In this document: in pieces, positions 1 to 11,400 of the stretch
Position numbering within the stretch: the stretch's first letter is position 1
Layout: each line of letters starts with the position of its first letter
Source: Trichodelitschia bisporula
Taxonomy: Eukaryota
DNA: 64,000 bases
NCBI GenBank assembly: GCA_010356995.1
Contig: ML996688.1
Location: forward strand, 1,710,579-1,774,578
Direction: 5' to 3'
Position numbers and translations under genes: made by a program
The notes under the pieces: model-generated
Told to the model about the DNA's origin: nothing
What the model saw: the letters and a program-made list of their open reading frames with translations, nothing else
The model's database searches: none

Positions 1-2013
1 TGACGAGCACTTGCGCGTTATCGATGCGTGGCTCGCTCAGGTTAGTCACGCGCATTATCTACACGGATGGTCCTCACTCTCGTAGTTGATAGATGAAGTC
101 AAGGTTGCTGTGGGCAAGACTGAGGACTCCACCAAAGGTTTGATCCCGGTCCATGCGGTATGCTCTAGCTAATGCACCGGCAGATATCCTCCCTTCTGCG
201 CTCTACACCGCCGATGGTATCAACTTCCGTGAGCGTCTGTCCGCTGTCTCTGAGGAGGTTAAGGCCGTCATCGCCGCCCTGTACTCTAATCTGCCCGATG
301 CGCCTCCAGAAACGGTTCAGCTCCAGAAACGCGTGAACGAACTGCTTGCGGCCGAGAAGGGTCATATCGCGGAACTGAAGCGCATGACTGTTGAGAGACA
401 CAATTTGGACGAGCGCCTTGAACTTGCATCATTCAGATACCTGCGCGCTGAGCGGACACTGGACCGCAACAGGAGCAAAGCCGTCTCAAGTGTTGAGATG
501 CAAGGCCACCATCAGTCATCTGTCTCTCAGTCGGAGAATAAGCCGGAAACTACAAACGGGGTCCACGAAGTCTTGAGCGAGGATGCGCTGCGTGAGCACT
601 CAGAGGCGGTTGCGACAGCTGCAAAGGTCAAGGAGCAGCTCGCCGCCCTGGAAGCGGACAACACCAAGTTATCCAAGGAGGTCACAATACACAAGGCCAA
701 GCTGGAGAGCCTCTCGGACGAAGACTTCGCCCAAACGGAACTTTTCAAGGTCATGAAGGCACAGTTGGAGGACAGCTTCAACAAGCTCAACGACCTGGAG
801 GCTACCCATATCCAGCTCCGGGAGGAGGCCAAGAAACTTCATTCCGAGCGCACGGCGTACCGAATGCAGGTTGATGAGGAGTGTCGGGTTGCCGTTGCGC
901 GCGCGGACGAGCAGGCAGTTAAAGCCGATACTGACCTCCAGCGCATCCGGGCTACCCGTGATGAGCTGGCAGCCACCAACGACGTGCTCAGGCAGTCCTT
1001 AACCAAGTACGAAGAGCCTCTCAAACTGCAGGAGGACCTGAACAAGGGCAGCCAGCATCGCATCGAGGCACTTGAGGCCGAGGTCGAGCGGTTGAAGGTG
1101 CAGGCGGGCGAGGTTCAACCAGAAGAGGGCGAAATCGCCAAGTACGAGAAGCTCGGATTCGAAGCCGTCTGCGCCGAACTTGTGAATCTGAAGAAGTCAT
1201 ACTCGCTTCTGAACACCGAGCTTCAGTCGATGGAGCAGGCGTACAAGAAGGCGCAAACCCTGGCTTTTGGAAAGATTAAGGAGTTCATCGAAAGCGAAAC
1301 AAAAGCAGCCAAGGCGGCTGCTGATAAGGCAAAAGCGGACCAGAAGTACTTTGCAACAATGAAAGTCAAGGAGGCATATGAGATGGAACTTCGGGCGCTC
1401 AGGAAGCACAACAAGCAGAGCTCCGGTCTCATCGCCGCCATCAAAGACAGGGAGGCGAAGCGTCTCGAACAATGTGCACAACTTGAGAGGCAGGTGGCGG
1501 AGCTTCGCGATGCGATAGGCGTCATGACTCGGGAGCATCAGGCGCTGGAGCGCAAGGGAACGGATGCTACGACACTTTCGGAGGGCCTCTCGACACAAGT
1601 CAAGAAGCTGCGCGAGTCGCTGGAGGAGAAGGATGCTGCGTTGCGTGCCGTTGAGACCGCGAAGCGTGAGGTGGATGCGGATATTGAGGGTCTCAAGTCC
1701 AAGGTCGATTCGTTGAAGAAGAAGGCAGAGGAATGGCGCAATCGTGCGAGGAGCAACCCTACCGAGGAGGTTGAAATGCTCCGGGTAAGTTCCAAGCCAT
1801 CCGTTCTGATATTTCGTATTTCTAACTGCTATGAAGCGCGTTGCCTACTGCGGCACCTGCCAGCGCAACCTTAAGGACACCATCCTCCGGACATGCAACC
1901 ACCTTCTCTGCAAAGAGTGCGTCCAGGAGCGCATCAGCAACCGCATGCGCAAGTGTCCGATCTGCATGAAGCCCTTCGGAATCAACGACCACGCGACCGT
2001 CCACCTAGTGTAG
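1..2013 (+). CDS. BRE1: E3 ubiquitin ligase Bre1 (H2B monoubiquitination), 5'-truncated by the window edge, spliced
   Basis: Long coiled-coil ORF with KADQKYFATMK motif. Intron 1785-1836 (GTAAGT..CTAAC..AAG) joins it to a C-terminal RING (CGTC..CNHLLCKEC..RMRKCPIC). Further introns at about 41-86 and 139-183. Confidence 0.93.
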
Positions 2014-2502
2014 CCCCTCTGCTCCGCTCCGCCTCCGCCTCCTCCTCCCTGGATCTTCACATCTCCATAGACACACGGTTTGGTTAATGGACACCATTCG
2101 GCTATGTTATTTAATTCCATTGTTGACGCCGTGATCGGGCTCTGTGATCTCTATGTTTTTTTCTTTGCGTTTGTGTTATTATACCTTCTGCTTTACTCTG
2201 AGACCGAGCGGCGCTGAGGTCGGAGTTGGGGAGCGGTGTTTGAGACTCGGGGCGCCGGGGGGGCATGTTTGACGGTCCTTGGGGGCATGGGATGGGTCTT
2301 TGCGTGTGTGGGGAAGCGGCGACTGGCTTTAGGGCGTTTTTCTACGGCATGAGGGCTGGGGGACGCGTGGGGAAATGCGGAGATGGAGCGCAGGTGCTGG
2401 ACGGAGGGATCATGAACCTGTTGGCAGACGGGCTGCTAGCTGGGGCTGGATGGGCGACGCGCTGTCTTTCAGCGTAGAGATGAACCGCGATGAAGGGGTT
2501 GT

Positions 2503-3243
2503 ATGTTCCTCAAGCGACCTTTCCTCAGGGAGGAAGCGCTCCTCCCGGTCGAACTGACGATGAAGACATGGTCGACGTTACCATGGGACAAGCCGATGAC
2601 AACGGTGGAAGAAGTGTTGGGATACAGTGCCAAATTATTCGGAAGCCGGGACGAGTTAATTGAAGAAGCAGTAGCAAGGCGTCAAAGACTAAGGGAGGAG
2701 GCTGCGGAAGAGAAGCAGCAGCGCCAGTGTTCCTTCTGCCAGGGGTATCAGTCTCAGCGCCCTCCCTTAGTCTTTGACGCCTTGTTACTACTTCGTCGTC
2801 CTGCCTTTCAAACAATTTTGCCCTGTATCCAACAACTCCGCGGTTGTTATCTCCCGGTCCCACGGTAATGTCGGCCAGGTCTTCTTCAATTCGATCGGGT
2901 GGACCGCTTCCTCCCTAAAGAGGAAGTAGTATAGGGTCAATCCCGTCATCGGCTCAATAGTTGTGCGGTCGGCCCATCCCACCGCTGTAAAATACTTTTT
3001 CCAAGATTCTTTCCCACCGCCCGTTAACTCCGTCAGCACTGCGATGAACGCCTTATGCCCCACCTCGACGTGCCCCTTTCCCTGCGAAGTTGTAGGGAGG
3101 TATCTTGATACCCGGGTATAGCACTGAGAGAACGTCCGTCCTTGCGTATGTGTCTGCCATATCTCCAGTATTAGAACTACAGTATGCCCGCACTCTTGAA
3201 CTGCGTTCATTAATACGAAGTAAGCGACTTTGTAGTCCGGCAA
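2503..3243. mobile_element. Degenerate Ty3/Gypsy-type integrase remnants, two diverged copies in inverted orientation
   Basis: Minus-strand translation GHVEVGHKAFIAVLTELTGG..W..AVGWADRTT..TG..EEAVHPIELKKTWPTLPW..TTAELL resembles the integrase core end and downstream region of fungal Gypsy pol. It is frameshifted. A second copy lies on the plus strand (EEALLPVELTMKTWSTLPW..). Confidence 0.7.
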
Positions 3244-3526
3244 TATTTATCTCCCCAAGCCGATCCACCACCCGGGCTCCACTTCGGCCCGAGTCCGAGC
3301 GCTCCCCGCCACACGAGCCGCGCCACGCGAGGCGACGGCGCGCGATCTGAATCTGCTCATCAAGACGGCGCATCAGACTGCGACCACACACACCACTCCA
3401 CCACCTCCGCAGCACCTCTCCGCTGCTTCAATCGCATTTCATATCGCTACTCATACCGTACACCCGCTTTCGCAATCGTCTCATCCCCTCCACCTTCCAC
3501 CGCGCTCCCCCCCGCCCACCACAAAA

Positions 3527-4471
3527 ATGGCCAAAGACAAAAAACGCAAGCAACAACACCGCTCCGCAACCCGGCATCCACCGAAGTTCAAAGCAACAGG
3601 CAAGCCAGCGCACAAGCCGACGATGCGCCATCCCAAAGCGCCCCAGCGCCCCGCCTCCACCTCCTCTACCACCAAAGCCACCAAAGCTGCCCGCCCCAGC
3701 GCCGCCCCCAGCGCGCAACAACATCCCCCTCCGGATCCGTATGGGGTGCATGATAATATTTTGTTGGTGGGGGAGGGGGATTTGAGTTTTGCTCTTTCGC
3801 TGGTGGAGGGGGTGGGGTGTGTGAGTGTGTTGCCGACGACGTTGGATGGTGAGGGGGAGTTACGGGGGAAATACCCGCACATCCAGCCCACGCTGGAGGC
3901 CCTACGGACCGCGGACTGCGCTGCGGTGCACGAAGTGTCCGCAACAGCGCTGTCGAAGAGCAAGGTGGTCCGAGCAAAGGCACCGTTCGACGTCATAGCC
4001 TTCAACTTCCCGCACATCGGCGGCAAATCGACGGACGTAAACCGCCAGGTCCGGGCCAACCAAGCGCTCGTCGTAGGGTACATGAGGGAGGCGATGGGGG
4101 TGTTGAAGAAAGATGGGAAGGTCCTGGTGACGCTGTTCGAGGGCGAGCCGTACACGCTTTGGAATATACGGGATCTGGGGAGGAGTGTAGGCCTTGCTGT
4201 GAGGCGGAGCTGGAGGTTTGAGAGTGCGCAGTTTGAGGGGTATAGGCATGCACGGACGGCGGGGGTTATACGGAAGGGTGGGGGGAGGAGGAAAGATGGG
4301 GGGGAGGGGGGTGAGGAGGAGGAGGCAGAGGTATCGAGTACGGCGTGGAAGGGGGAGAATAGGCCGGCGAGGACGTATGAGTTTGGGTTCAAGGCTGCGG
4401 TGGAGGAGGAGCAGGAGCAGGCTATGAGCCAGAAGAAGGCGGCGGAGAGCTCGGATGAGGACAGCGATTGA
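3527..4471 (+). CDS. BMT5: 25S rRNA uridine-N3 methyltransferase Bmt5-like (DUF2431)
   Basis: ILLVGEGDLSFA and FDVIAFNFPHIGGKSTDVNRQVRANQ motifs, TLFEGEPYTLWNIRDL, and a basic N-terminus. Confidence 0.9.
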   Translation: MAKDKKRKQQHRSATRHPPKFKATGKPAHKPTMRHPKAPQRPASTSSTTKATKAARPSAAPSAQQHPPPDPYGVHDNILLVGEGDLSFALSLVEGVGCVSVLPTTLDGEGELRGKYPHIQPTLEALRTADCAAVHEVSATALSKSKVVRAKAPFDVIAFNFPHIGGKSTDVNRQVRANQALVVGYMREAMGVLKKDGKVLVTLFEGEPYTLWNIRDLGRSVGLAVRRSWRFESAQFEGYRHARTAGVIRKGGGRRKDGGEGGEEEEAEVSSTAWKGENRPARTYEFGFKAAVEEEQEQAMSQKKAAESSDEDSD

Positions 4472-4563
4472 TATACACAATCCATGCTACGAACGCTGTG
4501 CCAAAACGCCTACAATAGGGACAACCTCATTCCGTTGCTAAACACACAAACTCCCTCACCCAC

Positions 4564-6078
4564 TCAAGAAATATACACCTTCCTCACCTCATCCCAACTA
4601 TACTCACTCATATCCAACGGATCCCTCACCCTCCCCGCCTTCGTCCCAAACTTCTCATTCAACTTCTCCAGCCTCTGCTTCCCGTATATCCGGTTATTGG
4701 GCAGCACCACGGGGTCCGTTTCCACATTGCTCACGCTGTGATGCGCGTACGGCACGCCCCGCGCCATCTTGTTCAGCTCCGTGCTGCAGATAGGGCACAC
4801 GCTTGTTGTTAGCGACGTCGTGCCTACCATGTTCTGCGCGTCGACTAGGTAGTCCAGATCGTTCCAGGCTGGGGACTGCGGGCCCTCGGGACCAGGCGTG
4901 TGGTGCACGCCGCTGCTGGGGGACGCAAACCGGCTATGGCACGCCGGGGTCTTGAGTGCCGAGAGCCCCGCGCCGAGCGCGATGTGCAGCAGCGGCCGTG
5001 ACGGGACGGAGTACAGCGCGTGATGCGTCGTGACAAACATATCCGCGAGGTCCGACCAGCGGTGCTGGGAGTACCAGCTCTGTGCCACAACAACATCAGC
5101 ATCATATCTATATGAAGGAAGCCGCCCATGCGCACCCTATACGGCTCAACATCCAGCCCCGGCGAAAACGCAAGTAATCCCGAGCGCCTAATCGCCCACT
5201 GCGGATCCGGATGCTGCGCGAAATACCGCTTCGCGTGCGCGACGGCCTGCACGCGCTGCGCTAGGTCGCCGGACCGGCATAGTTCGACGGCCTGCTGGAA
5301 GCGTAGCTCGAACTCGAAGTTGTGCGCCTGGGGCGGTTAGCACGGCTGGCCTTTACCAGGTCGCATCGCACCGCCCACGGCAGACTTACCATTTTCTTGA
5401 GCGCGGCTCGATTCTCGGCGCACCAGGCCAGTGCGGGCTCGACGCGTTTCTCGCTGCGCAGGGTGTGGGTTATATCCCGCACTGCCCGGAACTCGGACAC
5501 GTCGACTAGGTCGCTGATGCCTTTTTCTTCGGCGAGTTGGGTGGCGCTGGAGATGTACCCCGCGCGCAGCATGTAGTCCACCAGGAGACGGTCCAGTCGG
5601 ACTGCGCTCCAGCGCTCGTATTTTACATCGGCGAGGCTGGGGATTGAGTACAGCTCGTCGAGATGCGTGATGCGGGCCTGCGCTTGCTGGGTTAGGGCGG
5701 CGCTGTTGGCGTTTAGATCTTGCAAGCGGGACTTGAGCTTTTCGAGGCGGGCGACTGCGGTGTTGAGCGCGGATGTTGCGGCGGCGGCGGCGCGGGCGGG
5801 GTCGTGCCCTGCGCCCGGGGCGGCGGCGGATTTAAGGCCGGAGGCGATGGTATCGAGTGTCTGTTTCTGGGTCTGATCGATGTGGCGCTGCGCTGCGCGG
5901 AAGTTTTTCTTCGTGAGTTCGTAGGGGAGGCGGAGGAGGGGTTGGTCCTGGGGGGTTAGTTCCCAGGGGACGGGGAGAGAGGGCGGGGGGAGGAAGAGGG
6001 CGATGAGGGCGGCGGGGAGAGACATACGAGAAGGAGGTGGGCGTCGGGGTTGAGTTTTGTGGATTCGTATTCTGCCAT
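4564..6078 (-). CDS. FYV10: GID/CTLH complex subunit Fyv10/Gid9 (MAEA homolog), spliced
   Basis: ATG at 6078 (MAEYESTKLNPDAHLLL, intron, DQPLLRLPYEL). LisH (RLDRLLVDYMLRAGY), CTLH (ALAWCAENR..LEFELRFQQ) and C-terminal LSALKTPAC..CPICSTELN..VPYAHH. Confidence 0.92.
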
Positions 6079-6793
6079 TTTTCGTCGCGATGGGAGGGGG
6101 GGATTGGGGGTGAGTGAGTGTCGGAGGGCCGGTGGTTTGGGGGTGCGGCGGTTGCGGAGGTGAGGTCGAGTGACGCGGGGACCTTGGCGGGTGCGGGAGA
6201 CGGCAAGGCAAGGCTTGGCGTGAGCCTTGTTTGGACTTCACTTGTTTGATGGGGGCTTCACCATGCGGGATGGTGAACGATGGACGAGTGGTTTATGTGA
6301 ATGATGTGGAAACGGATAAGGTGACTCCGGGCCACATATTCCCTTTCTGAGGACCTGTTGCGCCCGAACTACGGTTAAGGTAGCGTCAAGCTGCGCATAA
6401 CCCCTCCTTCACGAAGTCAAGATGGTGAGTGTCGCCTTCATCTAATGAACCCAATAGCTTATCGCCGTGACAGCCCAAGATCATACGTCCCATGGCCAGC
6501 ACATGGCCCAGCCTGACGGGCTTTTCGTCTTAAACGTGTGCCGTGATACTTTATCACGAGTCGGCCCAATATGGTCAACTCCTCTACATTACCCAGCAGG
6601 GTAGACGATTGCACTCAAGACGTCACTGGGGCGCCCTCCCCAGCTCAATATAACCATATTGCCCCCCCGCTTCAACATCCTCAAGCACCCACCTACCTCA
6701 ACCTCCCCAAGTGCACTCAGTCCATTCTCTGGTACCGCGCAATCCTTCGCCTCGATTAAACCGGAGAACTGCCCGGGGAACCATGAGCCGGCC

Positions 6794-8018
6794 ATGCATT
6801 CCGATCCTACGCCAGCCTTCCAAGGCTGTCCCGCAAACCAGATCTCATGCACGAACACATCTCTTTCTCCGCTGAGCCCATTCTGCATCACCGCCGCATC
6901 CTTTGCTTGCGACCTCTACACCTCTTGTTCCTGCCCACCCCTCCGCGCAGAACCCGGTTACGCAGGCATACACGTACACGCCCCGCTCCCTCTATTAACC
7001 CAACCCTAACCCACAGGTTCTCATCGCCTTCACCCTCTCCGCGGGCCTCACTCTTCTCGCCTCAACCGCCTACCTCGCCCTCCACCGCGCCCACAACCCG
7101 AGCACCAACCCCCTCGACGCAGCTCTCAGCACGCTCCTCTCCCCCATCCAGTCCCTACTCACCCCACAGCACGCAAGCCACCTCACCACTCTCCTCCACA
7201 CCCTAATCATCTCCCTAAGCGACACCCAACTAATAACCGGCCTTGGCGCCATAACCGCCGCCCTCCTCTCCCCCACCATCTCAATCTACCACTTCACCAT
7301 CGCCACCGACCTCGCCTGGTTCAGCAGCAACACGCATCTGCTCGCGCTGCTCGTCTTCCGCTCCGCCCCGTCTCCCACCCTCCTTCCCCCCACTCGCACA
7401 CTCCGCATAGCCCTCATGCTCGCCCTTGCGGCCCTGCTCCTCCATGCCGTCTGGCTCTCCGCTGCTGCGACTTGGTACGACGATGTAGCGTGTCCGGCCG
7501 CGTGTGCGACCAGCAGCCCGCGGGGTAGTCTGCCGCTGCGCTGGGCGGTGCTGAACACCGTGCTCATCGCGCAGGCGTACCCACCGGGCGTGATACAGGC
7601 ACTGCCACTACTACGGGACGCATGGTCACGCAGCGTAGGACGCCGAATAGCGGGACTAGACGCGCGGCTTCGAGCATGGGTGTCGGGGTCGCGGGTCGGG
7701 AAGGGGATATACGCAGCCGGGAGGGGAGCAATGCGCTGTTTGTGGGTATTCTTTGCATCGGAGACGGAGGCGGTGTTGGAGATGGTGGTTTGGTTCGGCC
7801 TGGGCTTGTACTGGACGAATGTAGATCGGGCGGCGGGGAGGGCGCTTATGCCGGCTGAGGAGATGGCGAGGGAGGATCGAACGGGGTTCGGGCAGCTGGT
7901 TTTGTTGCTGCTACTTGCGTTGCCGGTTATTACTGTTCTAGAGGAGCATTTTGGGGAGGGGGCGGGGCGGGGTGCGATGGAGGGAGGGGAGCATGGAGAG
8001 GAAGCAAGCATGAAATAG
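6794..8018 (+). CDS. Uncharacterised multi-pass membrane protein (fungal family)
   Basis: Exon 1 ends ..AEPGYAGIH, then an intron at about 6974-7017 (GTACAC..CTAAC..CAG), then hydrophobic segments with LSDTQLITG, ISIYHF..DLAWFSSNTHL and GFGQLVLLLLLALP. These motifs are typical of a widespread fungal hypothetical membrane family. Start codon uncertain. Confidence 0.65.
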
Positions 8019-8489
8019 ATCTATATACTTGGATGCTAGATCTGTGCTGAAAGATCCGGCTCGCGGTTGATGGAAGCAAAGCTCTAACGCATACCACAGC
8101 AACTGTGTAAACTGAAGATTGCAGTAGAAGACCGAGAGGAAAAGAGGAAGAGACTGTCGAGACTTAAATATACGATGCCAAGTATCCTCCTTTGCTCCTT
8201 TCTTCTATCATGCGCTCATTACATCATGACCCTTAGTATGCACCATTCTGTCATATCAATCCCCCTTCCATGTCCACATCAACGTTCACATGCACCATGA
8301 TCGAAAAAGTCCATTCAAACTTTACATTATGCAATCTCCATTTTGGTGCTCACCCGCTATCTGGTACTCGCACTTAGCCCATCCCCAAAACAACGTACAA
8401 GAAACTACATGCCGAAACCCAAATGCCTTACGCCAGAGCAAAATACCAGCTTCGCAGCACAACTAACCATTCGCAACAAGTCTCTCAGA

Positions 8490-11400
8490 TTACTCAAACA
8501 CATCATTACGATCAACCCAAATGTCCTCCAGCTCAGCAAAGTTCTGGAAGTGCAACGGCCGGTGCTGATCGTCATAGAAGCGCAGCGGCGTATCAATCTT
8601 GACGTAGATCGGCTTCTTCTCCACACTGCCAAAGTTGCTCCCCATGAAGCTGTAGTTCCACACATTGCTCTCCGGCACCAGGAAGAACCCGCGCACCTTG
8701 TCGCTCAGAAGCAACTGACACTTCTCGCCAAAGGCCGTCGAAAAGCCCGCCGGCTGGTCCGACGTCAAGTCACGGTTGTCGGCACCCCACTTGTAGCCAG
8801 CGGGGGTCAGTGCCCAGGCCGCCAACGACACGGACCCAGGCGTGAACGACACAGTCATCGTCACTGTCTTCTTATCCCAGCTCGAGTGAGCGTTCATCAA
8901 GCGAGCGTGCTGGGTCACGTCCATGGCGGTCATGTAGCGCGGCTCGTTGCCCGACACGGTGTGGATAATACCAAGTGGCTCCAGCTTGTCGAGATACTCG
9001 TGCTGCGGCAGCTGGTGCGGAAGCTGCACGTCGCGCGTGTTGCCAACCTGGGGAATCATCACAATGGTGTGGATCTCCTTGACCTGGTCGTTGTCCGGCG
9101 GCGACGAGCCGTACAAGTAGCCGGCGACTTGGACGCGTAGATCTGCGATGGTGACGAAGCGCTTCAGTACATTCTTTGGCATGATGTATGTGTAGTGTTC
9201 ATCCTCGTTGATGTCCTCCGATGAAATGTAGATATTGTTGGCCCGAGTCCGCAGGTTCGAGGTGGCGATGGCACGCGTCCGCCACTCAGTCTTCGAGGCG
9301 AAGGTCTGCTGCTCGTACTGCGATGTCGTGGTGACAATGATCTCTTCACCGTGGGCGTTCATGGTCTTAGTCGTCACAGCGGTGAGCTGCTGCTGCTCTT
9401 GCTGCTGCTTTTCGATCTCGGCTGCCTGCTGGCGCTGCAAGGACGGAGCGCTGATTTCCATACCGAGGATGATGTCACGCACCTCGCTGCTCGTCAAGCT
9501 GGACGTGTTCACATTGTTCTTCTTCCCGTAGTCATTCAGGATGAGATCGCGCAACTGGACTTCAACCTTGATCCAATCTTCGTCCGACAGCGTCGGCCAG
9601 ATATGATGCTCCTGCGTTATGACCGTCTTGTCCGGACGCAAAATCAGCTTGGTCTTGTCGATATTAACATGCAGCGCGCGCAGGATGAGAATCAAGCGCG
9701 AGAAGGCAGTGTACGACGAGATTGTCTTCAACCACTCGTCATACAGGTTGAAGAGCACCATCTGCGGCTCCGTGGCGCGGAGGATCAAGTCACCAAGCTT
9801 CTCCACCTTCATCGCCGCTTGGAATGGAAGCTGGAGCTCAGAAGCACGGATCGAGATGTTGGGGAAGTCGAGCAAATGGACCTCCAAGGGATCGAGGAGA
9901 CCCTTGCGAGTGACGATGAGCTGCTTCGGCTGCTCTTCCACGGGCAACGACCGAATGAGAGCTGCCACTTCTTCTGCCGTCTTCCATTTGGCCAGCTGCC
10001 CAAGACGCTTCTGGCCAGCCCACACACTGGTGTGGATGATCTTAAGGAACAGCTGCCCAGTGCGCGGGTTGAAGATAAAAATGGCACCGTTGATGGGCTT
10101 TGTTGTGAGATTGCCTTCGAACGTCTTGTGAATGGTGACCCGGTACACATTGGTGTCGTCGATGAAGAGCTGGATCTGGTTGCTGAAGAGTTCAGAGTAG
10201 TTCTGGGAGTTTAGGAACTCCTGGTTGCTCTCCGAGGCATACAGCTGCAGACCCTTCCGGATGCGCTCGCGCAAGACGTAAAGTGCCGGATTGGCCTTCA
10301 TAATCTTGGCCATTGCTTGCTGGATAAGCTGCTTCAGACCGGGGAAGTACATGCCATATGCAGAGTACAGATTGTACGCGAGATCGATACCAATCATTAA
10401 ACCAGTACCCGAGGGATAGATGCTCATGCTGTCAGTGGTGTAGTCCATGTACTTCGCGCGAATGTAGCGTTCAATGTCGTGGGAATCGTAATCGCCGTAC
10501 CGAAGCTGAACATCAATCCAGAACTTGTTGGTCGTCGTGGAGCTGATAACATCCTTGGTATCGTAGAGCATGGATGGATTGGAGACGCTCCACTTATGGC
10601 TTGCAAACAGAAGAACATCCGCGCAGGAGCTGTTCATCTTGTAGGATTTACGAGGATGAATCGTCTCCTTCTGGACAGTCTCGATGCCAAGTGCTTCGAG
10701 TTCCTGGTCGAAGACCTGACACAAGTCCATCACGACAGACTCGTGAATCTTCTGCCATAAATGGGCGCGGAAGATCTGGATGAGTGAAATCTTCAAGGTT
10801 GGAATCTTGCCATGCAAGAAGATACCCGTCAGATCCAACTGGACCTGGAAACCAACGTAAACATTGGCGCGATTGATGGTCGGCGACCACCAGAGGGTGA
10901 ATCGACGGTTCGGAATCTGGTTGAGACCGGACCGCTGGGCATTAGTGAGCTTCTTGAACTTCATGGATTCCTCAAAGCCACTGGCTTTCTCCCAGAAGAG
11001 GCCTTCCCAAGACGGGAATCCAGTCGCCTTAAACAGGGTATGCTCCAGGATGGTTTCAACACCACCAAGGGCCTGAATCACATCGGTACGGTAGGCATTC
11101 AGGTTCCACAGCTTGCCGTCATGCCGCTGGCTAGTCCACCAGAAAGGATTGCTCTTCATGTGCTGATAGATCTTGAACTCCGTCCGTGCACGGAAGCCCT
11201 TGTCGAAGCTCAAGGTGCTGCGGTCCTTCTGGAAGAGGGTGTTGATACGAGGCAGGCCACGATCCCAGCTGTCTTCCAGGTCCTCAAGTGTCAGGCGGCG
11301 GTTCTGCTGTTGAGCTTCCAGGCGCTTCTGCGAGTACTCCGTCCAGACACGCTGGGAATCAATGAACTCAGACTCCCACGGGATGATGTACCGGAAGATG

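Noticed and set aside
3481..4485. 334-aa minus-strand ORF
   Set aside because: It is the antisense shadow of BMT5, with no recognisable domain.
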